From Macrostomum hystrix (Eukaryota > Animalia > Platyhelminthes): DNA of 64,000 nucleotides. Position numbers and translations under genes: made by a program. The notes beneath the pieces are model-generated. The model was given only the letters and a program-made list of their open reading frames with translations. It had not been told where the DNA came from and did no database searches. The stretch covers positions 496,001-560,000 of the forward strand of contig CATNEN010000026.1 of NCBI GenBank assembly GCA_950097015.1, given 5' to 3'. This document shows, piece after piece, positions 26,201 to 38,610 of the stretch. Within the stretch, counting starts at the first letter, position 1; each line of letters begins with the position of its first letter.

Positions 26201-29200
26201 TGGAATATCCCAGCTGAGGATCTGGGAGTGGAATATCCCAGCTGAGGATCTGGGAGTGGAATATACCATCTTAGGATCTGGGAGTGGAATATCCCATCTC
26301 AGGATCTGGGAGTGGAATATCGAAGCTGAGGATCTGGAAGTAGAATATCCCAGCTGAGGATCTGGGAGTGGAATATCCCATCTCAGGATCTGGGAGTGGA
26401 ATATCCTAGCTGGGGATCTGTGAGTGGAATATCCCAGCTGAGGATCTGGGAGTAGAATATCCCATCTCAGGATCTGGGAGTGTAATATTCCAGCTGAGGA
26501 TCTGGGAGTGGAATATACCATCTTAGGATCTGGGAGTGGAATATCCCAGCTGAGGATCTGGGAGTGGAATATTCCAGCTGAGGATCTGGGAGTGGAATAT
26601 TCCAGCTGAGGATCTGGGAGTGGAATATCCCATCTCAGGATCTGGGAGTGGAATATCCAATCTCAGGATCTGGGAGTGGAATATCCCAGCTGAGGATCTG
26701 GGAGTGGAATATACTATCTTAGGATCTGGGAGTGGAATATCCCATCTCAGGATCTGGGAGTGGAATATACCATCTTAGGATCTGGGAGTGGAATATCCCA
26801 GCTGAGGATCTGGGAGTGGAATATACCATCTCAGGATCTGGGAGTGGAATATTCCAGCTGAGGATCTGGGAGTGGAATATCCCATCTCAGGATCTGGGAG
26901 TGGAATATCCAATCTCAGGATCTGGGAGTGGAATATTCCAGCTGAGGATCTGGGAGTGGAATATCCCATCTCAGGATCTGGGAGTGGAATATACCATCTT
27001 AGGATCTGGGACTGGAATATCCCAGCTGAGGATCTGGGAGTGGAATATCCCATCTCAGGATCTGGGAGTGGAATATCCCAGCTGAGGATCTGGGAGTGGA
27101 ATATCCCAGCTGAGGATCTGGGAGTGGAATATCCCAGCTGAGGATCTGGGAGTGGAATATCCCAGCTGAGGATCTGGGAGTGGAATATCCCAGCTGAGGA
27201 TCTGGGAGTGGAATATCCCAGCTGAGGATCTGGGAGTGGAATATCCCAGCTGAGGATCTGGGAGTGGAATATCCCAGCTGAGGATCTGGGAGTGGAATAT
27301 CCCAGCTGAGGATCTGGGAGTGGAATATCCCATCTCAGGATCTGGGAGTGGAATATCGAAGCTGAGGATCAGGAAGTAGAATATCCCAGCTGAGGATCTG
27401 GGAGTGGAATATCCCAGCTGAGGATCTGGGAGTGGAATATCCCATCTCAGGATCTGGGAGTGGAATATCCCAGCTGAGGATCTGGGAGTGGAATATACCA
27501 TCTTAGGATCTGGGAGTGGAATATCCCAGCTGAGGATCTGGGACTGGAATATCCCAGCTGAGGATCTGGGAGTAGAATATCCCATCTCAGGATCTGGGAG
27601 TGGAATATCCCAGCTGAGGATCTGGGAGTGGAATATACCATCTTAGGATCTGGGAGTGGAATATCCCAGCTGAGGATCTGGGAGTGGAATATACCATCTT
27701 AGGATCTGGGAGTGGAATATCCCAGCTGAGGATCTGGGAGTGGAATATCCCATCTCAGGATCTGGGAGTGGAATATCGAAGCTGAGGATCTGGAAGTAGA
27801 ATATCCCAGCTGAGGATCTGGGAGTGGAATATCCCATCTCAGGATCTGGGAGTGGAATATCCTAGCTGAGGATCTGGGAGTGGAATATCCCAGCTGAGGA
27901 TCTGGGAGTAGAATATCCCATCTCAGGATCTGGGAGTGTAATATTCCAGCTGAGGATCTGGGAGTGGAATATACCATCTTAGGATCTGGGAGTGGAATAT
28001 CCCAGCTGAGGATCTGGGAGTGGAATATTCCAGCTGAGGATCTGGGAGTGGAATATTCCAGCTGAGGATCTGGGAGTGGAATATCCCATCTCAGGATCTG
28101 GGAGTGGAATATCCAATCTCAGGATCTGGGAGTGGAATATCCCAGCTGAGGATCTGGGAGTGGAATATACCATCTTAGGATCTGGGAGTGGAATATCCCA
28201 TCTCAGGATCTGGGAGTGGAATATACCATCTTAGGATCTGGGAGTGGAATATCCCAGCTGAGGATCTGGGAGTGGAATATACCATCTCAGGATCTGGGAG
28301 TGGAATATTCCAGCTGAGGATCTGGGAGTGGAATATCCCATCTCAGGATCTGGGAGTGGAATATCCCATCTCAGGATCTGGGAGTGGAATATACCATCTT
28401 AGGATCTGGGAGTGGAATATCCCATCTCAGGATCTGGGAGTGGAATATACCATCTTAGGATCTGGGACTGGAATATCCCAGCTGAGGATCTGGGAGTGGA
28501 ATATCCCATCTCAGGATCTGGGAGTGGAATATCCCAGCTGAGGATCTGGGAGTGGAATATCCCAGCTGAGGATCTGGGAGTGGAATATCCCAGCTGAGGA
28601 TCTGGGAGTGGAATATCCCAGCTGAGGATCTGGGAGTGGAATATCCCAGCTGAGGATCTGGGAGTGGAATATCCCAGCTGAGGATCTGGGAGTGGAATAT
28701 CCCAGCTGAGGATCTGGGAGTGGAATATCCCATCTCAGGATCTGGGAGTGGAATATCGAAGCTGAGGATCTGGAAGTAGAATATCCCAGCTGAGGATCTG
28801 GGAGTGGAATATCCCATCTCAGGATCTGGGAGTGGAATATCCTAGCTGAGGATCTGGGAGTGGAATATCCCAGCTGAGGATCTGGGAGTAGAATATCCCA
28901 TCTCAGGATCTGGGAGTGGAATATCCCAGCTGAGGATCTGGGAGTGGAATATACCATCTTAGGATCTGGGAGTGGAATATCCCAGCTGAGGATCTGGGAG
29001 TGGAATATCCCATCTCAGGATCTGGGAGTGGAATATCCCAGCTGAGGATCTGGAAGTAGAATATCCCAGCTGAGGATCTGGGAGTGGAATATCCCATCTC
29101 AGGATCTGGGAGTGGAATATCCTAGCTGAGGATCTGGGAGTGGAATATCCCAGCTGAGGATCTGGGAGTAGAATATCCCATCTCAGGATCTGGGAGTGTA

Positions 29201-29906
29201 ATATTCCAGCTGAGGATCTGGGAGTGGAATATACCATCTTAGGATCTGGGAGTGGAATATACCATCTTAGGATCTGGGAGTGGAATATACCATCTTAGGA
29301 TCTGGGAGTGGAATGGAAAAATGGATTTAGGAGAATATCCAACGAAGAAGGAGGATCTGGGAGAATATCTAAGAAAAAATGAGAATATGGGAGAATATCA
29401 AAGTGAAAATGAGGATCTGGGAGAATATCAAAGTAAATTAAGGATTTAGGAGAATTCCCAAAGACGCAACTCACCTTGATGACACTGGCCGTAACCACAA
29501 CAGCCACCTGTGTTGGCCTAGTGAGTCCCCAGGCGCGGGACCGTTTCTTCAGCGGCTCAGCGCCAGTCGGGTTGGTGTCATCGGCATTTTCTGAATTTCG
29601 CGTTTTCATTTCATAATTCGTTATTAATAAACAATTGTCTAAAAACTGGATTCCTACTGCTAATATTAATAGCGGAATTGATTAGTTACCAAAATTTGAT
29701 CTTAATGCCCGCTTCCTGCGCGCAATGGCCAATAGCTGTTCTTCATTATCCGAAGCGTCAGAATATATCAGCCTATCATCGATATCACCATTGCCGGTGA
29801 TCGGTCCAACTGAATCTTCGTCAACTTCAGCAACCGGCTGACACTTCTCTGGCGAGCACTGGAGTCGCTCGATCTTAACATCAACGTTAACAAACTGGTC
29901 TGTCAT
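19635..29906 (-). CDS. Hypothetical protein, 8-exon model, about 593 aa, family not recognised
   Basis: Exons 29906-29690, 29590-29475, 25662-25246, 24111-23624, 23462-23162, 21717-21659, 21317-21233 and 19733-19635 all have GT-AG ends, matching phases and no internal stop (1782 nt). The first five exons are GC-rich and well supported. The last three are less certain (weak GTAGAT donor, alternative terminal exon near 21580-21510). Confidence 0.65.
19855..21244. repeat. (TCTG)n-derived array resolving into a 21-bp unit GTCTGTCTGTCTGATCTACCC; fills predicted intron 7
   Basis: Variable TCTG runs at 19855-20390 and a fixed 21-bp period at 20395-21244. Confidence 0.97.
21727..22912. repeat. Minisatellite, 24-bp unit CCACACTGATGACAACTGTACAGT (about 49 copies); fills predicted intron 5
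   Basis: Direct reading, with two internally deleted units near 22010 and 22410. It abuts the ttttgcag acceptor at 21718. Confidence 0.97.
23490..23617. repeat. Short array, 23-bp unit ACCCAACACTCACTGCCCACCCT (about 5.5 copies) in predicted intron 4
   Basis: Direct reading. It occupies most of a 161-bp intron. Confidence 0.93.
24119..25200. repeat. Minisatellite, 18-bp unit GAGATTAATAYGATTGAT (about 55 copies), preceded by about 3 copies of a 22-bp GAGATCTCAATGTGATGAATAT unit; fills predicted intron 3
   Basis: Direct reading. It explains the IDEINM/INLINH repeat ORFs. Confidence 0.97.
25710..29455. repeat. Minisatellite, 28-bp unit AGGATCTGGGAGTGGAATATCCCAGCTG (about 130 copies); fills predicted intron 2
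   Basis: Direct reading. Variants are CCCATCTC and ACCATCTT, and the tail at 29310-29455 is degenerate. Confidence 0.98.
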
Positions 29907-29976
29907 GTCATAGCCTCGAGTCAACTGCGGATTCAAAGGAAAATATCTTGCCGTTTAAAGCAAGATGGAGACTCAC

Positions 29977-31526
29977 TCGTTCACTTCACTATTAGACAGA
30001 ACAGGACTCACCCACTTCCCTATTAAATAGAGCAGGACTCACCCACTTCCCTATTAGACAGATCAGGACTCAACCACTCACCGATTAGACAGATCAGGAC
30101 TCACCTACTCACCGATTAGACAGAGCAGGACTCACCCACTCACCTATTAGACAGATCAGGACTCACCCACCCACCTATTAGACAGGTCAGGACTCACCCA
30201 CCCACCTATAAGACATATCAGGACTCACCCACTCACCGATTAGACAGATCAGGACTCACCTACTCACCGATTAGACAGAGCAGGACTCACCCACTCACCT
30301 ATTAGACAGATCAGGACTCACCCACCCACCTATTAGACAGGTCAGGACTCACCCACCCACCTATTAGACAGATCAGGACTCACCCACTCACCTATTAGAC
30401 ATATCAGGACTCACCCACTCACCGATTAGACAGATCAGGACTCACCTACTCACCGATTAGACAGAGCAGGACTCACCCACTCACCGATTAGACAGATCAG
30501 GACTCACCCACCCACCTATTAGACAGGTCAGGACTCACCCACCCACCTATTAGACAGATCAGGACTCACCCACTCACCTATTAGACATATCAGGACTCAC
30601 CCACTCACCGATTAGACAGATCAGGACTCACCTACTCACCGATTAGACAGAGCAGGACTCACCCACTCACCTATTAGACAGATCAGGACTCACCCACCCA
30701 CCTATTAGACAGATCAGGACTCACCCACCCACCTATTAGACAGATCAGGACTCACCCACCCACCTATTAGACAGATCAGGACTCACCCACCCACCTATTA
30801 GACAGATCAGGACTCACCCTTACACCTATTAGACAGATCAGGACTCACCCACCCACCTATTAGACAGATCAGGACTCACCCACCCACCTATTAGACAGAT
30901 CAGGACTCACCCACCCACCTATTAGACAGATCAGGACTCACCCACCCACCTATTAGACAGATCAGGACTCACCCACTCACCTATTAGACAGATCAGGACT
31001 CACCCACCCACCTATTAGACAGATCAGGACTCACCCACTCACCTATTAGACAGATCAGGACTCACCCACCCACCTATTAGACAGGTCAGGACTCACCCAC
31101 CCACCTATTAGACAGATCAGGACTCACCCACCCACCTATTAGACAGATCAGGACTCACCCACCCACCTATTAGACAGATCAGGACTCACCCACCCACCTA
31201 TTAGACAGAGCAGGACTCACCCACCCACCTATTAGACAGATCAGGACTCACCCACTCACCTATTAGACAGATCAGGACTCACCCACCCACCTATTAGACA
31301 GGTCAGGACTCACCCACCCACCTATTAGACAGATCAGGACTCACCCACCCACCTATTAGACAGATCAGGACTCACCCACCCACCTATTAGACAGATCAGG
31401 ACTCACCCACCCACCTATTAGACAGAGCAGGACTCACCCACCCACCTATTAGACAGATCAGGACTCACCCTTACACCTATTAGACAGATCAGGACTCACC
31501 CACCCACCTATTAGACAGATCAGGAC
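29977..31526. repeat. Minisatellite, 31-bp unit GACTCACCCACCCACCTATTAGACAGATCAG (about 50 copies)
   Basis: Direct reading. It begins about 50 bp upstream of the first coding exon's acceptor (29924) of the hypothetical gene. Confidence 0.97.
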
Positions 31527-32184
31527 CCAGCTAAAGTTTAAGAACTGCAGCTGTTGAAGATATAAAAACTGACAGTAAGTTTCTGCATAGATTTAGCCAA
31601 TGTATTCATAGAAAGTATTGCGGCAAATTGAAACAGATTTTATATTTAAGCAATATCCAAAAGTAGGCACTAATTAATTCATTTATAGAGGTACAAACAT
31701 ACATTAGATTTGTTACAAGGTAGCATTAAAGTGTCATGAAAATGGAATCAATATTTTTCTAATTTACTGAATGCGGATCCAATCTTTAAGCTACAAAAGT
31801 TGATAATTTTCTTCATGTATTGCACCCAAAGAGGCAGATATAAAAACTCATCAGAAAATAAAATGCAATCTCATATAGGAGAATTTGAAAAAATAAATAA
31901 AGTAGTAGATCTTTTTTGTATCATAGCACATTTTTAGAAAAAAAAATTGACAACAAAACAGTAATGAAAGATCTATTTAGATAAAGCCAGAAAGAATGCC
32001 GTGTTTGATTATAATTTTTTGTGAGCTCTACTGCCTACTATTAGTAAGAAATCAAATAATTAATTACACCGTATTTGTGACATAACGAGTAATATTTTCG
32101 AACTAAAAAATCTGCAGGTTATTATTCTTATCACACTTTAACTACTTATAATCACCCCGTCCATAGATGAACTCATTATCACAT

Positions 32185-32786
32185 CATTTGATCAGCTCAT
32201 TACCCCACTCTTTGATCAGCTCATAACCTCACTCTTTGATCAGCTCATAACCTCACTCTTTGATCAGCTCATTACCCCACTCTTTGATCAGCTCATTACC
32301 CCACTCTTTGATCAGCTTATTACCCCACTCTTTCATCAGCTCATTACCCCACTCTTTGATCAGCTCATTACCCCACTCTTTGATCAGCTCATTACCCTAC
32401 TCTTTGATCAGCTTATTACCCCACTCTTTGATCAGCTTATTACCCCACTCTTTGATCAGCTCATTACCCCACTCTTTGAACAGCTTATTACCCCACTCTT
32501 TGATCAGCTCATTACCCCACTCTTTGATCAGCTTATTACCTCACTCTTTGAACAGCTCATTACCCCACTCTTTGATCAGCTCATTACCCCACACTTTGAT
32601 CAGCTTATTACCTCATTCTCTGATATCAGCTCATTACCCAACTCTTTGATCAACTCAATTCCCCAGTTTTGATCAGCTTATTACCCCAGTTTTGATCAGC
32701 TTATTACCCCAGTTTTGATCAGCTTATTACCCCAGTTTTGATCAGCTTATTACCCCAGTTTTGATCAGCTTATTACCCCACTCTTT
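32185..32786. repeat. Minisatellite, 24-bp unit CTTTGATCAGCTCATTACCCCACT with shorter 22-bp variants at the right end
   Basis: Direct reading. It starts about 28 bp after the Rab9 stop codon. Confidence 0.95.
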
Positions 32787-32813
32787 ATAAGAATCTAATG
32801 CCGCATTTTGCTG

Positions 32814-33493
32814 CTAATTACTGCAGCAACGCCGACGGTAGCCGCCAACGCTGCCTTCGACGTCCCCAGCGCCGCCACGTTTAATCCTGATGGTGCCAAC
32901 GTCGCGCACGTCGCCGTTGCCACCCTGCTGAGTATCAGAGCCGGGGGCAGTCTCAACGAGCTGGCTCTGCTGCGCCCACAGACCGGCAAGTACAGCGAAG
33001 GCTTCATCGACATTGTGCGCACTCTTCGCTGATGTCAGCAGATGCGGCATGCGCAGTCTAGAGGCCCAGGCCTCGGCGTCGGCCGCTGACACAGTCGGCT
33101 GCTCCGAGTCGCACTTGTTGCCAACCAAAAGGAATGGGCAATTTCCAGTTTCAACGCCGGAATAATGAAAGAATTCCTGACGCCAGATGTCCAGATCGGC
33201 GAATGACCGGGGATCCTCCAGGCTGTACACCAGCATGCAAGCGTCTGCGCCTCTGTAGAACGGCGTGCGCAGCGACCGGAACCTCTCCTGACCGGCCGTG
33301 TCCCAAATCTGCAGAGTGTACCTGGACCCATCATCAAGGCGCACCTCTTTCACCAAGAATTCAACGCCAATTGTGTGCTGCAGCTGCGGATCGAAGCGCT
33401 GCTGAACGTAGCGAGTCATTAGCGACGACTTGCCGACGCCGCCGTCGCCAAGTAGGATCACTTTCAGCAGCTGGGAGCGCGGCTGAGGGACAT
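32814..33493 (-). CDS. RAB9: Rab9-like small GTPase, single coding exon
   Basis: LLKVILLGDGGVGKSSLM, LQHTIGVEFL, IWDTAGQERFRSLRTPFYRGAD, VGNKCD, TSAK and a C-terminal CCSN prenylation motif match Rab9. The ATG at 33493 is one base out of frame and no in-frame ATG precedes the P-loop. Confidence 0.9.
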
Positions 33494-33649
33494 TGTGTTT
33501 GGCAAAGTCAGTAGGATCATATGCCCTGTTACTTTACTGAATTCAGAATGTTCATCGATATACTACTTGCCTACAACCAGTATTGTCAGTAACTACTAAA
33601 ATAAAGTTAATAATAAACTTTACTAACTAGTGATTAAGTATTACCTACA

Positions 33650-34383
33650 ATATGCTACTCGAATAGAATCAGTAGTATATCTAATATAATACTTGAATAG
33701 AATCAGTAGTATCTCTGACATACTACCAAAATATAACCATTAATATCTCTGATATATTTTTCGAATGGAATCAATAGTATCTCCGACATACTACTCAAAT
33801 AGAATCAGTAGTATCTCTGATATACTACTCGAATAGAATCAGTAGTATATCTAATATAATACTTGAATAGAATCAGTAGTATCTCTGACATACTACCAAA
33901 ATATAACCAGTAATATCTCTGATATATTTTTCGAATGGAATCAATAGTATCTCCGACATACTACTCAAATAGAATCAGTAGTATCTCTGATATACTACTC
34001 GAATAGAATCAGTAGTATCTCTGATTTACTACTCGAATGGAATCAGTAGTATCTCTGATATACTACTCGAATAGAATCAGTAGTATGTCTGATTTACTGC
34101 TTGAATAGAATCAGTAGTATCTCTGATTTACTACTTGAATAGAATCAGTAGTATCTCTGATATACTACTCGAATAGAATCAGTAGTATGTCTGATTTACT
34201 GCTTGAATAGAATCAGTAGTATCTCTGATTTACTACTTGAATAGAATCAGTAGTATCTCTGATTTACTACTTGAATAGAATCAGTAGTATCTCTGATATA
34301 CTACTCGAATAGAATCAGTAGTATCTCTGATATACTACTCGAATAGAATCAGTAGTATCTCTGAAATTTACTACTCGAATAGA
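33650..34383. repeat. Minisatellite, 34-bp unit TACTACTCGAATAGAATCAGTAGTATCTCTGATA (about 21 copies)
   Basis: Direct reading. The unit has an internal inverted repeat TACTACT...AGTAGTA, and the first ten or so units form a two-copy block of about 170 bp. Confidence 0.93.
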
Positions 34384-34469
34384 CTTTTAGAACGCTAAAT
34401 TTAAATATAAAAAGAAGTTTAAAACAAAAAAGAAAGAAATCAGTAAGAAAAATGATTAGCAAACATCTG

Positions 34470-34512
34470 TTGATTGGTTGGGCATGTAATTTCAGCGGAT
34501 GATTGGTCCACG
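34470..34512 (-). promoter_or_regulatory. Paired CCAAT boxes, candidate promoter upstream of Rab9
   Basis: GATTGGTT and GATTGGTC lie about 30 bp apart in unique sequence between two arrays. Motif match only. Confidence 0.25.
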
Positions 34513-35012
34513 CTTAATACGCTCGAGCAAACAGTAATACAAAATTCAAAATGTGTATTGTTTTAAGTTAAAAAAGGCTAATTAACTAAGCGTAGGAGGA
34601 TGATACGAAAACAAACTTATTAAATACACAAATAAATGAATTAGCGACAGACAAAAAAGAGATTTTATCTGGAAAAATAAATCGGCCAACAGCTCACAAT
34701 TATTAATGAATACTAGGGAAGAATGTACTTAGCGCTTCAGGGGTTCGAAACCATATATACACACACACGATACTTGGTTCAGTCAACTTTAAATAATGAA
34801 AACAAATTATTGAATATTTACGAGTAGAATACACGAATTTAGTGGAGAACATACCAATTATTTTACAATTTTAAAAGCTGCCTTTGAAAAAAATTACCTG
34901 TTCACTTATACAGCTAAATAACGAATTCGGTAACATGACATGACGAAAACTATACATAAAAACAGAAAACTTATTTATAACTGCAACACTATTACATTAT
35001 TTTGAACTCAAG

Positions 35013-38000
35013 GGCTAGACTAGCAATCCATTCTAATCCATCACTTATGAGCTAGACTAGCAATCCATTCTAATCCATCACTTATGAGCTAGACTAGCAA
35101 TCCATTCTAATCCATCACTTATGAGCTAGACTAGCAATCCATTCTAATCCATCACTTATGAGCTAGACTAGCAATCCATTCTAATCCTCACTTATGAGCT
35201 AGACTAGCAATCCATTCTAATCCATCACTTATGAGCTAGACTAGCAATCCATTCTAATCCATCACTTATTAGCTAGACTAGCAATCCATTCTAATCCTCA
35301 CTTATGAGCTAGACTAGCAATCCATTCTAATCCATCACTTATGAGCTAGACTAGCAATCCATTCTAATCCATCACTTATGAGCTAGACTAGCAATCCATT
35401 CTAATCCATCACTTATGAGCTAGACTAGCAATCTATTCTAATCCTCACTTATGAGCTAGACTAGCAATCCATTCTAATCCATCACTTATTAGCTAGACTA
35501 GCAATCTATTCTAATCCTCACTTATGAGCTAGACTAGCAATCCATTCTAATCCATCACTTATGAGCTAGACTAGCAATCCATTCTAATCCTCACTTATGA
35601 GCTAGACTAGCAATCCATTCTAATCCTTACTTATGAGCTAGACTAGCAATCCATTCTAATCCATCACTTATGAGCTAGACTAGCAATCCATTCTAATCCA
35701 TCACTTATGAGCTAGACTAGCAATCCATTCTAATCCTTACTTATGAGCTAGACTAGCAATCCATTCTAATCCATCACTTATGAGCTAGACTAGCAATCCA
35801 TTCTAATCCTCACTTATGAGCTAGACTAGCAATCCATTCTAATCCTTACTTATGAGCTAGACTAGCAATCCATTCTAATCCTTACTTATGAGCTAGACTA
35901 GCAATCCATTCTAATCCATCACTTATGAGCTAGACTAGCAATCCATTCTAATCCATCACTTATGAGCTAGACTAGCAATCCATTCTAATCCATCACTTAT
36001 GAGCTAGACTAGCAATCCATTCTAATCCATCACTTATGAGCTAGACTAGCAATCCATTCTAATCCATCACTTATGAGCTAGACTAGCAATCCATTCTAAT
36101 CCTCACTTATGAGCTAGACTAGCAATCCATTCTAATCCATCACTTATTAGCTAGACTAGCAATCCATTCTAATCCTTACTTATGAGCTAGACTAGCAATC
36201 CATTCTAATCCTCACTTATGAGCTAGACTAGCAATCCATTCTAATCCTCACTTATGAGCTAGACTAGCAATCCATTCTAATCCATCACTTATTAGCTAGA
36301 CTAGCAATCCATTCTAATCCATACTTATGAGCTAGACTAGTAATCCATTCTAATCCATCACTTATGAGCTAGACTAGCAATCCATTCTAATCCTCACTTA
36401 TGAGCTAGACTAGCAATCCATTCTAATCCATCACTTATTAGCTAGACTAGCAATCCATTCTAATCCTTACTTATGAGCTAGACTAGCAATCCATTCTAAT
36501 CCTCACTTATGAGCTAGACTAGCAATCCATTCTAATCCATCACTTATGAGCTAGACTAGCAATCCATTCTAATCCATCACTTATGAGCTAGACTAGCAAT
36601 CCATTCTAATCCTCACTTATGAGCTAGACTAGCAATCCATTCTAATCCATCACTTATGAGCTAGACTAGTAATCCATTCTAATCCATCACTTATGAGCTA
36701 GACTAGCAATCCATTCTAATCCTCACTTATGAGCTAGACTAGCAATCCATTCTAATCCTTACTTATGAGCTAGACTAGCAATCCATTCTAATCCATCACT
36801 TATGAGCTAGACTAGCAATCCATTCTAATCCATCACTTATGAGCTAGACTAGCAATCCATTCTAATCCTCACTTATGAGCTAGACTAGCAATCCATTCTA
36901 ATCCTCACTTATGAGCTAGACTAGCAATCCATTCTAATCCTTACTTATGAGCTAGACTAGCAATCCATTCTAATCCTCACTTATGAGCTAGACTAGCAAT
37001 CCATTCTAATCCATCACTTATGAGCTAGACTAGCAATCCATTCTAATCCTCACTTATGAGCTAGACTAGCAATCCATTCTAATCCATCACTTATGAGCTA
37101 GACTAGCAATCCATTCTAATCCTCACTTATGAGCTAGACTAGCAATCCATTCTAATCCTCACTTATGAGCTAGACTAGCAATCCATTCTAATCCATCACT
37201 TATGAGCTAGACTAGCAATCCATTCTAATCCTCACTTATGAGCTAGACTAGCAATCCATTCTAATCCTCACTTATGAGCTAGACTAGCAATCCATTCTAA
37301 TCCTCACTTATGAGCTAGACTAGCAATCCATTCTAATCCTCACTTATGAGCTAGACTAGCAATCCATTCTAATCCATCACTTATGAGCTAGACTAGCAAT
37401 CCATTCTAATCCTCACTTATGAGCTAGACTAGCAATCCATTCTAATCCATCACTTATGAGCTAGACTAGCAATCCATTCTAATCCTTACTTCTGAGCTAG
37501 ACTAGCAATCCATTCTAATCCATCACTTATGAGCTAGACTAGCAATCCATTCTAATCCATCACTTATTAGCTAGACTAGCAATCCATTCTAATCCTCACT
37601 TATGAGCTAGACTAGCAATCCATTCTAATCCTCACTTATGAGCTAGACTAGCAATCCATTCTAATCCATCACTTATGAGCTAGACTAGCAATCCATTCTA
37701 ATCCATCACTTATGAGCTAGACTAGCAATCCATTCTAATCCTCACTTATGAGCTAGACTAGCAATCCATTCTAATCCATCACTTATGAGCTAGACTAGCA
37801 ATCCATTCTAATCCTTACTTATGAGCTAGACTAGCAATCCATTCTAATCCATCACTTATGAGCTAGACTAGCAATCCATTCTAATCCATCACTTATGAGC
37901 TAGACTAGCAATCCATTCTAATCCATCACTTATGAGCTAGACTAGCAATCCATTCTAATCCATCACTTATGAGCTAGACTAGCAATCCATTCTAATCCAT

Positions 38001-38610
38001 CACTTATTAGCTAGACTAGCAATCCATTCTAATCCTCACTTATGAGCTAGACTAGCAATCCATTCTAATCCATCACTTATTAGCTAGACTAGCAATCCAT
38101 TCTAATCCATCACTTATGAGCTAGACTAGCAATCCATTCTAATCCATCACTTATGAGCTAGACTAGCAATCCATTCTAATCCTCACTTATGAGCTAGACT
38201 AGCAATCCATTCTAATCCTCACTTATGAGCTAGACTAGCAATCCATTCTAATCCATCACTTATTAGCTAGACTAGCAATCCATTCTAATCCATCACTTAT
38301 TAGCTAGACTAGCAATCCATTCTAATCCTCACTTATGAGCTAGACTAGCAATCCATTCTAATCCTCACTTATGAGCTAGACTAGCAATCCATTCTAATCC
38401 ATCACTTATGAGCTAGACTAGCAATCCATTCTAATCCTCACTTATGAGCTAGACTAGCAATCCATTCTAATCCTCACTTATGAGCTAGACTAGCAATCCA
38501 TTCTAATCCATCACTTATGAGCTAGACTAGCAATCCATTCTAATCCTCACTTATGAGCTAGACTAGCAATCCATTCTAATCCTTACTTATGAGCTAGACT
38601 AGCAATCCAT
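35013..38610. repeat. Minisatellite, 36/37-bp unit GCTAGACTAGCAATCCATTCTAATCC(A)TCACTTATGA (about 98 copies)
   Basis: Direct reading. Length variants CATCAC, CTCAC and CTTAC are interspersed. Confidence 0.98.

Noticed and set aside
16033-29237. Long repetitive ORFs in arrays (for example 17943..19097, 21502..22890, 24230..25204 and the many ORFs at 25.6-29.2k) as real proteins
   Set aside because: They follow from stop-free repeat frames, occur on both strands, and several lie inside predicted introns.
32814-33493. Rab9 as a processed retrocopy because it is intronless
   Set aside because: No poly(A) tail or TSD was seen, the ORF is intact, and single-coding-exon Rab9 genes are known.
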